A DNA stretch of 64,000 nt from an uncultured Candidatus Saccharibacteria bacterium (GTDB lineage: Bacteria > Patescibacteriota > Saccharimonadia > Saccharimonadales > JACDBH01), in NCBI GenBank assembly GCA_965231105.1, contig OZ246417.1, positions 512,908-576,907 of the forward strand. Direction: 5' to 3'. Shown here one piece after another: positions 54,945 through 64,000 of the stretch; the stretch's first letter is position 1; every line of letters starts with the position of its first letter. Below the pieces are notes generated by a model, which had not been told where the DNA came from, ran no database searches, and saw only the letters and a program-made list of their open reading frames with translations. Made by a program: the position numbers and the translations under genes.

Positions 54945-56214
54945 ACAAAGCATATCCTACAGCCCCCGTACCTACCCCCGCAAGCACAAGTGGGTGAAGA
55001 GGCGCAGCATCTTCTAAATTATTCGGCTGAGATTTTGTTGTGGAGGCACCCGCAACTTTGTTCGAAGAAGATTTTTTGTTTGCTCCCGCAGCTCTCTCGT
55101 CGCCTGCACTCATAGACATCGTGTTTATAGCACCAGATGTTACATTCTCAGACCACTGCCAGCTATCGCCCACGAGACTCCAGGTAGACCCCGGCGGCGC
55201 ATCTTCATATGCAGCCGTTTGGCTAATAGTAGTGCCGTTCGGGTCAAGCAATCGAACTTGTCCTTCGCCATTCGAAAGTTGTAGTTTAGTTTCCGTAATA
55301 GGAAAGGCTGTATAGCTTTTAGGAGCAATCGTCCCGGATGAAAATGTATAACCACGCCCAAATGTCATCCCTGCTTCCAGTCGGTAGCCAGTAAGATTAA
55401 AGGTTGTCTCGTTGGGGTTGTAGAGCTCGATAAATTCATCTTCGTCATCAGTTTGAGGTTCTGCTGGGTTAGGAAATACTTCAGTTAATTCAGGAGCAAC
55501 TAAACCAACGTTTTGATTCGGAGTTGGTTCGGCAATATGAGCTGGCACAACTCGAACAGCTGGCACGGAAGTTGGCGCTTCTGGATTGGTACTTGCGGCC
55601 AACTGTGTTTCTAAATCACAGCCTCCGTCGCTACTCGGATGCACACTGAGCCACGTGCCCCCACCTGCAGTCTTTGTCACGACTTCATTCCATGAACGTT
55701 GCAGAAAGTCAGTTGGAGCACTCGGCAAAGTTTGTACGCCACTTACCGGATTCTTAGACCAAGAAACCGTATCAATAACGGTGGAGACAACAGGTCCACC
55801 AACAGTTGTTTGCCCGGATTTAATGATCTGCACCATTCCTGCAGTCGTACTAAAACCAAGCGACTGCGCATGCACTATCATTTTGTAACAAATAAATAAT
55901 GCCCCATCGCTCACAAGATAATAATTCCCAGGCGCTAAAGTACCGCTCAGGCTAATGGTCTTATTACTCGTAGCTTTCGAGAGATCGTAATTATTGTAAT
56001 AGGCCAACTGCACCGTGCTCATATCAACGCTTTGGGTCGAGTTGTTATAAAGCGTAATAAACTGACCATTCGAGCTTGTTATTTTTATCTGGCCAATAAG
56101 CAGCATGGGTTCGTTGCTTATTGATTGTGCGGAACTGTGGGCAAGAGACACAAAAATCGGGACGCAGAGAATTAGGCCCACCAAGCCCGTCATTACTCTG
56201 TTCAACGACCGCAT
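54859..56214 (-). CDS. surface protein with two lamin-tail-domain (LTD)-like modules and a C-terminal TM anchor
   Basis: Signal peptide. LTD-like segments (IKITSSNGQFITLYNNS; LTEVFPNPAEPQTDDEDEFIELYNPNETTFNLTGYRL). C-terminal TM helix plus an Arg-rich tail. A TATAGT (56227-56222) lies 7 nt upstream of the ATG. Confidence 0.75.
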   Translation of the reverse strand: MRSLNRVMTGLVGLILCVPIFVSLAHSSAQSISNEPMLLIGQIKITSSNGQFITLYNNSTQSVDMSTVQLAYYNNYDLSKATSNKTISLSGTLAPGNYYLVSDGALFICYKMIVHAQSLGFSTTAGMVQIIKSGQTTVGGPVVSTVIDTVSWSKNPVSGVQTLPSAPTDFLQRSWNEVVTKTAGGGTWLSVHPSSDGGCDLETQLAASTNPEAPTSVPAVRVVPAHIAEPTPNQNVGLVAPELTEVFPNPAEPQTDDEDEFIELYNPNETTFNLTGYRLEAGMTFGRGYTFSSGTIAPKSYTAFPITETKLQLSNGEGQVRLLDPNGTTISQTAAYEDAPPGSTWSLVGDSWQWSENVTSGAINTMSMSAGDERAAGANKKSSSNKVAGASTTKSQPNNLEDAAPLHPLVLAGVGTGAVGYALYEYRRDLANRLFQFRKYLRFRREVRQRL

Positions 56215-56305
56215 GGGCGCTACTATATTTTGGTTTAAACTTCAGATGCAAGCATGAGCGCGGATTTTCTATCTGTTTTAAGAAAAAGTTAAGAATCTGT
56301 TGGCG

Positions 56306-56311
56306 TATAAT
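56306..56311 (+). promoter_or_regulatory. -10 element positioned for a leaderless start
   Basis: TATAAT, then 6 nt to the ATG at 56318. Confidence 0.45.
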
Positions 56312-56317
56312 GTAAGT

Positions 56318-56842
56318 ATGCTGCAACTTTCGGCATCCCTCACGAACATACCCGTCATGAGTCTCCGCACCGGAGGTGCAGTTGCAATGGCATCAGAACC
56401 AATCATTAATCCGAACAATCTGAAGATTGAAGGTTGGTATTGCCAAGATAGCTACAGCAAACGAAAAGTAATCTTGCTCACGAAGGACGTGCGCGATATT
56501 GTGCCACAAGGCATCGCCGTTGATGATCACGATGCCCTTTCCGATCCAGGAGAGCTTATTCGCCTAAAAGAGATCCTTTCGATTAACTTTAAGTTACTTG
56601 ATAAACCTGTTGTCACAGATCAGCAGCGCAAGGTTGGAAAGGTTAAAGACTATGCATGCGAAATGCATTCTTTATCTATCCAGAAGCTGTACGTATCACA
56701 GCCAGTACTCCGTAATATTTCGGGTGGTCAACTCACCATAGATCGAACGCAAATTATTGAAATCACTGATAAGCAAATCACCGTACGCGATGTAGATATC
56801 AAAGTGGGCTCACCCATTACCGCAGCGCTTGGCATTCGTTAA
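56318..56842 (+). CDS. PRC-barrel domain protein
   Basis: Two PRC-barrel-like halves (IPVMSLRTGGAVAMASEPIINPNNLKIEGW; KVGKVKDYACEMHSLSIQKL). The ATG at 56318 is preferred over the TTG at 56300. Confidence 0.6.
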   Translation: MLQLSASLTNIPVMSLRTGGAVAMASEPIINPNNLKIEGWYCQDSYSKRKVILLTKDVRDIVPQGIAVDDHDALSDPGELIRLKEILSINFKLLDKPVVTDQQRKVGKVKDYACEMHSLSIQKLYVSQPVLRNISGGQLTIDRTQIIEITDKQITVRDVDIKVGSPITAALGIR

Positions 56843-57432
56843 TCGAGTAAAGACCTAATGTCGTCGTAGTTAAAGCCTTGTCGTAATAAGTATTGTTTGA
56901 ATTTTAATGGGTCATTTTTATATCGCGGTAGCTTTTGTTTTTTAGCAATAAGATCCTTTAACCGTTCGACTTCTGATTCGTTATCTCTGGGCATATGTTC
57001 AGCAATGATTTCGCGAGACACTCCCTTTTTCATAAGTTCGCTTTGGACTGCCCGGTCACTTTTCCCTGCACGTCTACGCATATCAACCAACCATTCAGTA
57101 AAGGTTATGTCGCTCAAATATCCGCGCACTTCAAATTCGCCTGAGAGCGCTTCAATCTGTTCAGGTTCAGCTTTTTTTCTATACAAATAGTCTCGGAATT
57201 CTCGTAGTGATCGGGGTCGGTTCAATACCCATTCCATAGCACGAGCTTTTAATTTACCATCTTCCGATAGCTTTTTAAGTCGCTTTACCTCTTCCTGATC
57301 CAACTCTTGATTAAGCTTCAGCTTCTCAATAACAAGTTCGTTAAGGCTTAATGAAAAAGTGTATTTGCCATCAACAAAAACACTGGCCCGGTCGGGGTTT
57401 TTAACTTGCGGTTTAATGCTCGTGATTTTCAT
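56839..57432 (-). CDS. recX: RecA regulator RecX
   Basis: 197 aa with a helical-repeat pattern (RAMEWVLNRPRSLREFRDYLYRK). It lies in the recA operon. Confidence 0.8.
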   Translation of the reverse strand: MKITSIKPQVKNPDRASVFVDGKYTFSLSLNELVIEKLKLNQELDQEEVKRLKKLSEDGKLKARAMEWVLNRPRSLREFRDYLYRKKAEPEQIEALSGEFEVRGYLSDITFTEWLVDMRRRAGKSDRAVQSELMKKGVSREIIAEHMPRDNESEVERLKDLIAKKQKLPRYKNDPLKFKQYLLRQGFNYDDIRSLLD

Positions 57433-57433
57433 A

Positions 57434-57883
57434 CTAACGCTGGCTGAGAATGATCAGTCCCATTACTAAGAACCATCCACCCTCCATAAGAAGACCTTTT
57501 GGAGTTTGAGACCATTGGATAAAAGAATGGAAATGAGCTAACGGATCAAGCTTTGGTGTAAGGCCCTTAATCTTTTCGAGATAAAGGTTGTAGTAGGCCC
57601 ACATAAGATCAGGACTTGCAGCTGCAATCATAGACGCCCAAATGACCCACCTTTGAGCCGGGAACAATGCACCCAAAATACCCATTAAAATGACTGCGAC
57701 AATAAAGTCCGTTACTAAAATAATGTTGAACTTGCGATTAAACAGCTCGTTTTTCTTTAGGCCGAAGTGCGGCATAGCATCGCATGCAAAATGACTTGCG
57801 TAGCTTAAAGGTACCGCTGCAACTGGTTCCTTTACAGCCAATGCTATGACCGCACCGGTTATGCCGTGATTTGTTCCTGTCAT
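57434..57883 (-). CDS. DUF457/YdjM-like membrane-bound metal-dependent hydrolase
   Basis: N-terminal TNHGITGAVIALAV and HFACDAMPH motifs. 149 aa with 4 TM helices. Confidence 0.6.
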   Translation of the reverse strand: MTGTNHGITGAVIALAVKEPVAAVPLSYASHFACDAMPHFGLKKNELFNRKFNIILVTDFIVAVILMGILGALFPAQRWVIWASMIAAASPDLMWAYYNLYLEKIKGLTPKLDPLAHFHSFIQWSQTPKGLLMEGGWFLVMGLIILSQR

Positions 57884-57922
57884 TATCTTTGTATGATAGC
57901 AGCTACGGCTAGCCGTGACATG

Positions 57923-58957
57923 CTAGGCCTTATTAGCCTCTTTCACTTGCTGCGCAATTTTCTCTAAGACTTTGGGATTTTCCTTTAAGTAGCCTTTTGC
58001 TGCTTCACGACCTTGGCCAATCTTTTCGCCCTCATAGGCAAACCAAGCGCCAGACTTTTCGACAATCTCCTTGGCGGTCGCAAGATCAAGTACATCACCT
58101 TCTTTTGAAATGCCTTCGTTGTACATGATGTCAAACTCAGCTTCACGGAATGGTGGGGCAATCTTATTTTTCACTACCTTTACGCGTGTACGGTTACCGA
58201 TAACACTCTCGCCTTGTTTAATTTGCGAGATGCGGCGAATATCCATACGCAAAGAAGCATAGAATTTGAGCGCGTTACCGCCGGTTGTAGTTTCTGGATT
58301 ACCAAACATCACACCAATTTTCATACGAAGCTGGTTAATGAAGACTACCGTGCTCTTACTCTTGCTAATGATTGCTGTTAATTTACGCAATGCCTGGCTC
58401 ATAAGACGAGCTTGAAGACCCATGTGTGAATCACCCATGTCACCTTCAATTTCAGCCTGTGGTACGAGTGCGGCTACAGAGTCCACTACAATAAGATCGA
58501 CTGCATTGCTGCGTACCAATGTTTCGACGATCTCGAGTGCTTGTTCACCGTTATCGGGCTGGGAAACGAGCAGGTTTTCCAGATTTACGCCAATTCGTTG
58601 CGCATACTGCGGATCAAGTGCATGCTCGGCATCGATGAATGCCGCAACACCGCCCTTTTTCTGAACTTCTGCAATCGCATGAAGGGTGAGCGTTGTCTTA
58701 CCAGAACTTTCAGGACCGTATACTTCAATAATGCGACCCTTTGGGATACCGCCACCCAGTGCAAGATCAAGACTTACACTTCCCGTTGGGAAGGTCTCAA
58801 CATTTGCATGAGATGTTTCACCCATGCGCATGATAGTGCCCTTACCAAACTGCTTTTCGATAGTATCGACAGCAAGACCGAGTGCTTTGGTCTTACCGTC
58901 TCCCTTACTCTCTGTTACATTTGATGTTGTGTCAGACTGTGCTTTTGCCATCGTCAT
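57923..58957 (-). CDS. recA: recombinase RecA
   Basis: Walker [10 protein letters not shown] and the canonical RecA core. SD AAGAGGAG lies upstream. Confidence 0.97.
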   Translation of the reverse strand: MTMAKAQSDTTSNVTESKGDGKTKALGLAVDTIEKQFGKGTIMRMGETSHANVETFPTGSVSLDLALGGGIPKGRIIEVYGPESSGKTTLTLHAIAEVQKKGGVAAFIDAEHALDPQYAQRIGVNLENLLVSQPDNGEQALEIVETLVRSNAVDLIVVDSVAALVPQAEIEGDMGDSHMGLQARLMSQALRKLTAIISKSKSTVVFINQLRMKIGVMFGNPETTTGGNALKFYASLRMDIRRISQIKQGESVIGNRTRVKVVKNKIAPPFREAEFDIMYNEGISKEGDVLDLATAKEIVEKSGAWFAYEGEKIGQGREAAKGYLKENPKVLEKIAQQVKEANKA

Positions 58958-59128
58958 ACTCCTCTTTTAACGTTGTACGTGTAGTTATAGTATATCGCCT
59001 TATTTAAACGCAAGCCTACTGTACCGACTTTACGTTGTGCTTTTTATAATAATATGTTCGAACATGAGCTTTATTAAATGGAGCTTACGCTTTTTTCATA
59101 ATTCCTTATATAATGTGTGCTAAAGCAT

Positions 59129-60949
59129 ATGCGTATTTCCGACACGTTGGTTAAGGAATTATTGCTCAAGGGTAAAAAAATCACCGCCGAGCAGATTAAA
59201 GGCGCTAAAGAACAAGCCGGTAACGATAAGTTGTCCTTGCAAGACGTGGTTGTTAAAGCCAACCTTATTAGTGAAAAAGATTTAACCAAACTCTACGCCG
59301 ATGAAATTGATGTTCCTTATATAGAACTAAACTCCAAGGAAATTAAGCGCGAAATCTTAAAACTTATTCCAGAACGTGTCGCGAAACAATACAATGTCGT
59401 GCTTTTTGGCGTTGAAGAAGACGGCACCAAGCTTCTCGCCATGGATGATCCTGATGATATTCAGGCCGTGAACTTCCTCAAGAAACAACTTGGCCACAAT
59501 ATTAAAGTGTATCTCGCTCCCAAACCCAGTATTCTCGCGGCCCTTGATCAGTATAAGGGCAACATCTCGAGTGAACTTACGAAGGTTATTTCGTCTGAGG
59601 ATCAAGTAGCCGAAGAGGAAGAAGAAAACGAAGAAGTCAGCGAAGAAGATGTAGCCGAAGATTCCCCAATTGCTCAAACCGTTAACCTGCTTATCGAATA
59701 TGCCGTTAAAGCCGGTGCCAGCGATGTACATATCGAGCCCCGTGAAGATTATGTGCTTGTCCGCTATCGTGTCGACGGTATCTTAAAAGAGGCCAACAAG
59801 CTCCCCAAGAAGGTTATGAATGCCCTTGTATCCCGCATCAAGATTTTAAGTAATCTTAAGATCGATGAGCGTCGGGCACCTCAAGACGGCCGATTTAAGA
59901 TTTCTGCGAATGGCCAGATCTTTGCCTTACGTGTATCAACACTTCCGATTGTAGACGGCGAAAAAGTGGTCATGCGTATCTTAAATGAATCTAGTAAGGC
60001 CCTTACCCTTGAAGAACTAGGTTATTGGGGTCATTCCCTCGATACTATCAATAAAGCCATCGTCCAACCGCACGGTATGATTCTTGTTACCGGTCCAACG
60101 GGGTCAGGTAAATCAACGAGCTTATTTAGTGTGCTTTCAATCCTTAATAGCCCCAGCGTTAACATCTCTACCGTTGAGGATCCAGTGGAATATCGTATTC
60201 CCGGTACAAACCAAACCCAGGTTAACCCCGTTGCAGGTATGACCTTCGTTAATGGCTTACGAGCTCTGCTTCGCCAAGATCCGAACATTATCATGGTGGG
60301 AGAGGTTCGCGATGGCGAAACTGCCGGACTTGCCGTGCAGGCTGCCCTTACAGGCCACTTAGTCTTTAGTACTTTGCATACCAATAATGCCGCAACATGT
60401 CTACCACGTCTTCTTGATATGGGTATTGAGGCATTCTTAATCGCCAGCACCGTTCGTGCTATTGTTGGCCAACGCTTGGTCCGTCGCTTATGTGTTGACT
60501 GTCGTGAAAGTGTCGAACCCGATGCAACTACCCTAAAACGCATAACTGAATCCTTCCATCTTGATGCGGCCAGCATGAAGCATATTCACGAGCTGGAAGC
60601 TCAAGCTCTTGAAGGCGGTGTGGGCAAAACCAATACTTCGAGTACCAATAAAGTTAGTACCGCACAGCTCAGCACTACAGAAAGTAAGATTACTCGTATC
60701 TGGAAAGCGCATGAAAATGGCTGTGAGGCCTGCAATCACACCGGTTATAAAGGACGCATGGGTATTTACGAAGTACTCGGCAACAGCGCAAACATTCAGA
60801 AGCTAATTGTCGGCAATGCCACTTCAGAAGTTATCCAGGAAGAATCTATTAAAGAAGGTATGGTCACCATGCAGGTAGACGGCTTCATTAAGGCACTGCG
60901 TGGTCAGACTTCAATTGAAGAAATTTTGCGTGTAACGAGCGAGAAGTAA
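59129..60949 (+). CDS. pilB: type IV pilus assembly ATPase PilB (GspE family)
   Basis: T2SSE_N domain, Walker A GPTGSGKST and a tetra-Cys motif (CVDC...CEAC). The start is either the ATG at 59129 or the GTG at 59117. Confidence 0.92.
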   Translation: MRISDTLVKELLLKGKKITAEQIKGAKEQAGNDKLSLQDVVVKANLISEKDLTKLYADEIDVPYIELNSKEIKREILKLIPERVAKQYNVVLFGVEEDGTKLLAMDDPDDIQAVNFLKKQLGHNIKVYLAPKPSILAALDQYKGNISSELTKVISSEDQVAEEEEENEEVSEEDVAEDSPIAQTVNLLIEYAVKAGASDVHIEPREDYVLVRYRVDGILKEANKLPKKVMNALVSRIKILSNLKIDERRAPQDGRFKISANGQIFALRVSTLPIVDGEKVVMRILNESSKALTLEELGYWGHSLDTINKAIVQPHGMILVTGPTGSGKSTSLFSVLSILNSPSVNISTVEDPVEYRIPGTNQTQVNPVAGMTFVNGLRALLRQDPNIIMVGEVRDGETAGLAVQAALTGHLVFSTLHTNNAATCLPRLLDMGIEAFLIASTVRAIVGQRLVRRLCVDCRESVEPDATTLKRITESFHLDAASMKHIHELEAQALEGGVGKTNTSSTNKVSTAQLSTTESKITRIWKAHENGCEACNHTGYKGRMGIYEVLGNSANIQKLIVGNATSEVIQEESIKEGMVTMQVDGFIKALRGQTSIEEILRVTSEK

Positions 60950-60950
60950 A

Positions 60951-62177
60951 ATGCCAGCATTTTCTTATACGGCTGTTAACAAACAAGGTAAGACCGTCAG
61001 CGGCACTGCTGATTCTGCCAGCCGTCAAACCCTGACCGAAACACTTATTAAGCAAGGCATGCGGCCAGTTTCTATTAAACTTGCCGGAACCAAGCAAGGC
61101 TTCGCGGCAAAGTTTAAGAACTTTGGTAAAAAGGTAAAGCTCAAAGATCTTGTTATATTCAGCCGACAAATGTCGACCATGATTTCTGCTGGCGTTCCCT
61201 TAACTCGTGCGCTTGCAACTATGCAGACACAGACCTCTAACAAATACTTCCAGCAAGTTATTGCTGGTATTTCACGGGATGTAGAGGGTGGTATCGCCTT
61301 AGGTGACGCGTTTGCCAAATACCCAAACGTCTTTTCCGAAATCTACGTCAACATGATTCGTGCTGGTGAGGCTGGTGGTATCTTGGATGACATCATGAAA
61401 CGGCTTGCCGCTCAAGTAGAGCAAGACGCAAGTATGCGCAAGAAGATCAAAGGCGCCATGACATATCCGATTGTTATTCTGTCCGTCACGGTTGTAGCCT
61501 TCTTCGGTATCACCATGTTTGTATTGCCTAAAATCGGCAAAATCTTAACCGACCTTGGTGGAGAAGATGCCAAGTTACCAATTTATACCGAAGCAATGCT
61601 CAACGTCAGCGCTTTTATGCAAAAACGTGGCGTATTCGTAATTATCGGCTTTATTATCGTGATGTTCTTACTCTTCCGTTATATCAAGACACCGAAAGGA
61701 AAATACCAGTTCCACGCTTTTCTGTTACGTGTTCCGGTTCTTAACGGTATCATTATTAAAATTGCCATTGCTCGTTTTGCCCGTACCTTTGCCTCGCTCA
61801 TGACCTCTGGCGTTACTGTATTGGAAGCCCTACAGGTAACAGGCGGTGCTATTGGCAATAAAGTGATCCAAAAAGAACTAGAAGAGGCTGCGAAAGAGGT
61901 AAAGAACGGTAAGCAGCTGAGTGAACCCTTAAGCAAAAGTAAGCACTTTCCCGCTATCGTGTCGCAGATGCTTGCTATCGGTGAAGAAACCGGTGAGACC
62001 GATACCATTCTTGTACGTGTGGCTGATTTCTATGAAGAAGAGGTCGCAACGGTCATTGATAGCCTCGCGTCTATTATTGAGCCTGTTATGATTCTAGTGC
62101 TTGGTGCTGGCGTAGGCCTTATTGCTGCAAGTGTTATGGGGCCTATCGCAAGTCTATCGAAGGATATTGGTGGATAA
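60951..62177 (+). CDS. pilC: type IV pilus platform protein PilC (GspF family)
   Basis: Two T2SSF repeats and 3 TM helices. 408 aa. Confidence 0.92.
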   Translation: MPAFSYTAVNKQGKTVSGTADSASRQTLTETLIKQGMRPVSIKLAGTKQGFAAKFKNFGKKVKLKDLVIFSRQMSTMISAGVPLTRALATMQTQTSNKYFQQVIAGISRDVEGGIALGDAFAKYPNVFSEIYVNMIRAGEAGGILDDIMKRLAAQVEQDASMRKKIKGAMTYPIVILSVTVVAFFGITMFVLPKIGKILTDLGGEDAKLPIYTEAMLNVSAFMQKRGVFVIIGFIIVMFLLFRYIKTPKGKYQFHAFLLRVPVLNGIIIKIAIARFARTFASLMTSGVTVLEALQVTGGAIGNKVIQKELEEAAKEVKNGKQLSEPLSKSKHFPAIVSQMLAIGEETGETDTILVRVADFYEEEVATVIDSLASIIEPVMILVLGAGVGLIAASVMGPIASLSKDIGG

Positions 62178-62192
62178 ACCCCTATAAAAGTG

Positions 62193-62220
62193 TTGACGTT
62201 TATCTGCTTATGCTTATAAT
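62193..62220 (+). promoter_or_regulatory. pilin gene promoter
   Basis: TTGACG-N16-TATAAT, followed by SD AAGGAGG before the ATG at 62306. Confidence 0.6.
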
Positions 62221-62305
62221 CATTGGCAGATACTTGTGCTCATTTGGTACAGGTTGTCAAAAAAATAAACTAAAAAATTATCAATTCAAGGAGGGTGGGC
62301 ACTAC

Positions 62306-62785
62306 ATGACCTCACTAAATCGCAAGCAATCAGGTTTCACGATTGTGGAACTTTTGATCGTGATCGTTGTTATCGGTATCTTGGCCGGTCTCGTTATCAC
62401 GACATTTAACGGCATTCAGCAAAAGGGTCGCGACACAGAGCGCGAAACTGATATCAAGGCCATTCATGGTCAGCTCGAAGCATATTGGGCACAAAAGGGT
62501 TACTACCCTTCACTAACCGAACTTAACGACCGTACTGCTACAACTGGCTTCGTCGCAGTTAACCTTAAGGGTCTTGATGCAGAAGCATTCCGTGATCCAA
62601 AGGGAGCAAACGGCACACTCGAAGATGCAGCAGCTGACAATGTGTATGCATATGTAGTTACGAATGATGACGATGACTCATGTGAAGCAGATAGTACGAC
62701 GTGTAGCAAGTACACACTTACTGCAAACCTTGAAGGTACCATCAACGGTTCAGATACATACGTTAAGACAAGCCTTAACAACTAA
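62306..62785 (+). CDS. type IV (pre)pilin, PilA-like
   Basis: Class III signal MTSLNRKQSG/FTIVELLIVIVVIGILAG. A C-terminal Cys pair (SCEADSTTCS). The ATG at 62306 is preferred over the track start at 62210. Confidence 0.9.
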   Translation: MTSLNRKQSGFTIVELLIVIVVIGILAGLVITTFNGIQQKGRDTERETDIKAIHGQLEAYWAQKGYYPSLTELNDRTATTGFVAVNLKGLDAEAFRDPKGANGTLEDAAADNVYAYVVTNDDDDSCEADSTTCSKYTLTANLEGTINGSDTYVKTSLNN

Positions 62786-62803
62786 TTAGGACTGTCGCTA
62801 CGG

Positions 62804-62834
62804 AAAACAGAGCTCGCTTCAGAGCTCTGTTTTT
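62804..62834 (+). terminator. rho-independent terminator after the pilin gene
   Basis: 12-bp stem AAAACAGAGCTC/GAGCTCTGTTTT with a T-run. Confidence 0.8.
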
Positions 62835-62913
62835 ATATCTAAAGCATAAGCAATTTGATATACTTATCAGGAATACTTATATCGAATAACGGGCACCACA
62901 CGATTCATTATCA

Positions 62914-63981
62914 ATGAACACGCAGAAACTGTTTTATAAAGATAAGCCATTGTTCGGTCTTGATATCGGATCGAACAGTATTAAGGCTATGCAGCTTACC
63001 CGTGAAGGTAAACATGTAGGCGTAAATGGCTATGGCGTTATTCGTTTTGATACGATTCCTTCTAAGGATGGGGTTATTACCGAGTACGAACCGCTTGCAA
63101 AAGCTATGATGGAGCTCTTTGATAAGCGCATCAACGGCAAGATTAGCACTCGGCGTGTTGCTGCTACTATCCCCGCTTCTAATGCCTACTCCCGAGTTAT
63201 GAGCCTGCCCCTTAACTTAGGCAAGAAAGAGCTCGATGAGGCCGTACGTTTTGAAGCCGAACAGTACATCCCTATCCCGATTGACGACCTCTACATTGAT
63301 TATTCGGTAAGTCGCGTAGTTGGCGAAAACAAGGAAGTGTTGGTGGTCGCGGTACCAAAGAAGATTATCGATTCATATATGCGCTTCTTTGAGTTAGTAG
63401 GCCTTGAAGTATGTTCGATCGAAACAACCATCTCGGCAGCAGCCCGTTTGACGAAAGCTATTGAGAACAGTAAAACACCAAGTATTCTTATTGATTTTGG
63501 TTCGTTATCAGTGGATCTCACCATCTATGACCAGTACCTGGTTGTAAACGGTACGGTTCCGGGAGGTGGTGATCACTTCACTCAACAGATCGCTGAACGA
63601 TTAGGGGTAAATAAAGCCGAAGCAGAGACCATTAAAATGAAATACGGCCTGGGTATCAGTAAGAAACAGGCAGAGATTCGCGAGGCGCTTGGCTCACAGC
63701 TTGATCAGCTGATGAAAGAAATTCGTCGAGTGATGCGTTATTACGAAGAAAGAACCGATGGCAAGAGCACCATCGGGCAGATCGTCACCATGGGTGGCGG
63801 CGCCAACATGCCGGGGCTTGCCGATTACCTTACCGATAACCTCCGTATTCCTGCTCGTATGGCAAACTTCTGGGGAACATTTGATCTTCATAAGCTTGAC
63901 CCCCCGAGTGAAGGCGAGCGTTCCGTGTATGTCACCGTAGCCGGAGCCGCACTCCTTGATCCAAAGGAGATATGGAAATGA
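62914..63981 (+). CDS. pilM: type IV pilus assembly protein PilM (actin-like ATPase fold)
   Basis: N-terminal FGLDIGSNSIKAMQL. 355 aa. Confidence 0.88.
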   Translation: MNTQKLFYKDKPLFGLDIGSNSIKAMQLTREGKHVGVNGYGVIRFDTIPSKDGVITEYEPLAKAMMELFDKRINGKISTRRVAATIPASNAYSRVMSLPLNLGKKELDEAVRFEAEQYIPIPIDDLYIDYSVSRVVGENKEVLVVAVPKKIIDSYMRFFELVGLEVCSIETTISAAARLTKAIENSKTPSILIDFGSLSVDLTIYDQYLVVNGTVPGGGDHFTQQIAERLGVNKAEAETIKMKYGLGISKKQAEIREALGSQLDQLMKEIRRVMRYYEERTDGKSTIGQIVTMGGGANMPGLADYLTDNLRIPARMANFWGTFDLHKLDPPSEGERSVYVTVAGAALLDPKEIWK

Positions 63982-64000
63982 TCAATCTTATGCCTCCTGA
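63978..64000 (+). CDS. pilN: start of the PilN-like gene (truncated by the window end)
   Basis: The ATG overlaps the pilM stop (ATGA). It reads MINLMPP, which is typical of a PilN N-terminus. Confidence 0.55.

Noticed and set aside
57905-57916. The palindrome ACGGCTAGCCGT between recA and the DUF457 gene.
   Set aside because: It is short and has no loop. It is most likely a minor intra-operon hairpin, and there is no supporting context.
1-64000. CRISPR arrays, IS elements or transposases, rRNA genes, and use of an alternative genetic code (UGA sense).
   Set aside because: I found no periodic repeat-spacer structure and no transposase- or integrase-like ORF. Conserved proteins end at TGA, TAA or TAG where their homologues end, for example at 8551 and 14530.

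Overview
The window is a gene-dense, moderate-GC bacterial chromosome segment of about 70 genes that uses the standard genetic code (TGA is a stop). I infer from gene content only that it comes from a reduced-genome, Gram-positive-like bacterium such as a Saccharibacteria/CPR (candidate phyla radiation) episymbiont. The supporting content is a type IV pilus operon plus a sortase, many secreted surface proteins, and almost no biosynthesis apart from folate/one-carbon and peptidoglycan genes.

Core genes I recognise:
- Folate/one-carbon: folD, folA-folC, glyA.
- Peptidoglycan: murD, murB, murA.
- Recombination: recA, a DUF457 gene, and recX in one operon.
- RNA and tRNA processing: rny, a HAD hydrolase, a CYTH protein and ymdB in one run, plus tsaB/tsaE.
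- Other: mgtE and pilB-pilC-pilin-pilM-pilN.
- Six tRNAs: Lys-CTT, Arg-TCG, Gly-TCC, Arg-TCT, His-GTG, Pro-TGG.

I found no rRNA, CRISPR array, transposase or integrase.

Observations most worth a second look:
1. An unannotated 53-aa ORF, too short for the ORF track, consists of little more than an LPATG sortase sorting signal. It has a perfect consensus promoter and a strong Shine-Dalgarno (SD) and lies immediately upstream of a sortase.
2. A cluster of a cellulose-synthase-like GT2, a GlxA-type radical copper oxidase and a GH6 glycosidase resembles the Streptomyces cslA-glxA-cslZ glycan system. A degenerate cupredoxin lies next to it.
3. A second glycan locus pairs a processive GT2 with a secreted protein made of four carbohydrate-binding repeats and a CE4 deacetylase.
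4. A PP-loop-like 450-aa gene is translationally coupled to murD, which resembles a MurL/MurD2 pair.
5. MurA carries an N-terminal HTH domain.
6. A two-ring Clp/Hsp100 ATPase is membrane-anchored.
7. The cfa gene is frameshifted.
8. A perfect CIRCE operator is embedded in the hsp20 promoter.
9. About 18 genes have a -10 hexamer exactly 6-7 nt upstream of the ATG, which suggests leaderless mRNAs.
10. A 9-mer (CTTATGCTT / AAGCATAAG) recurs in intergenic regions.
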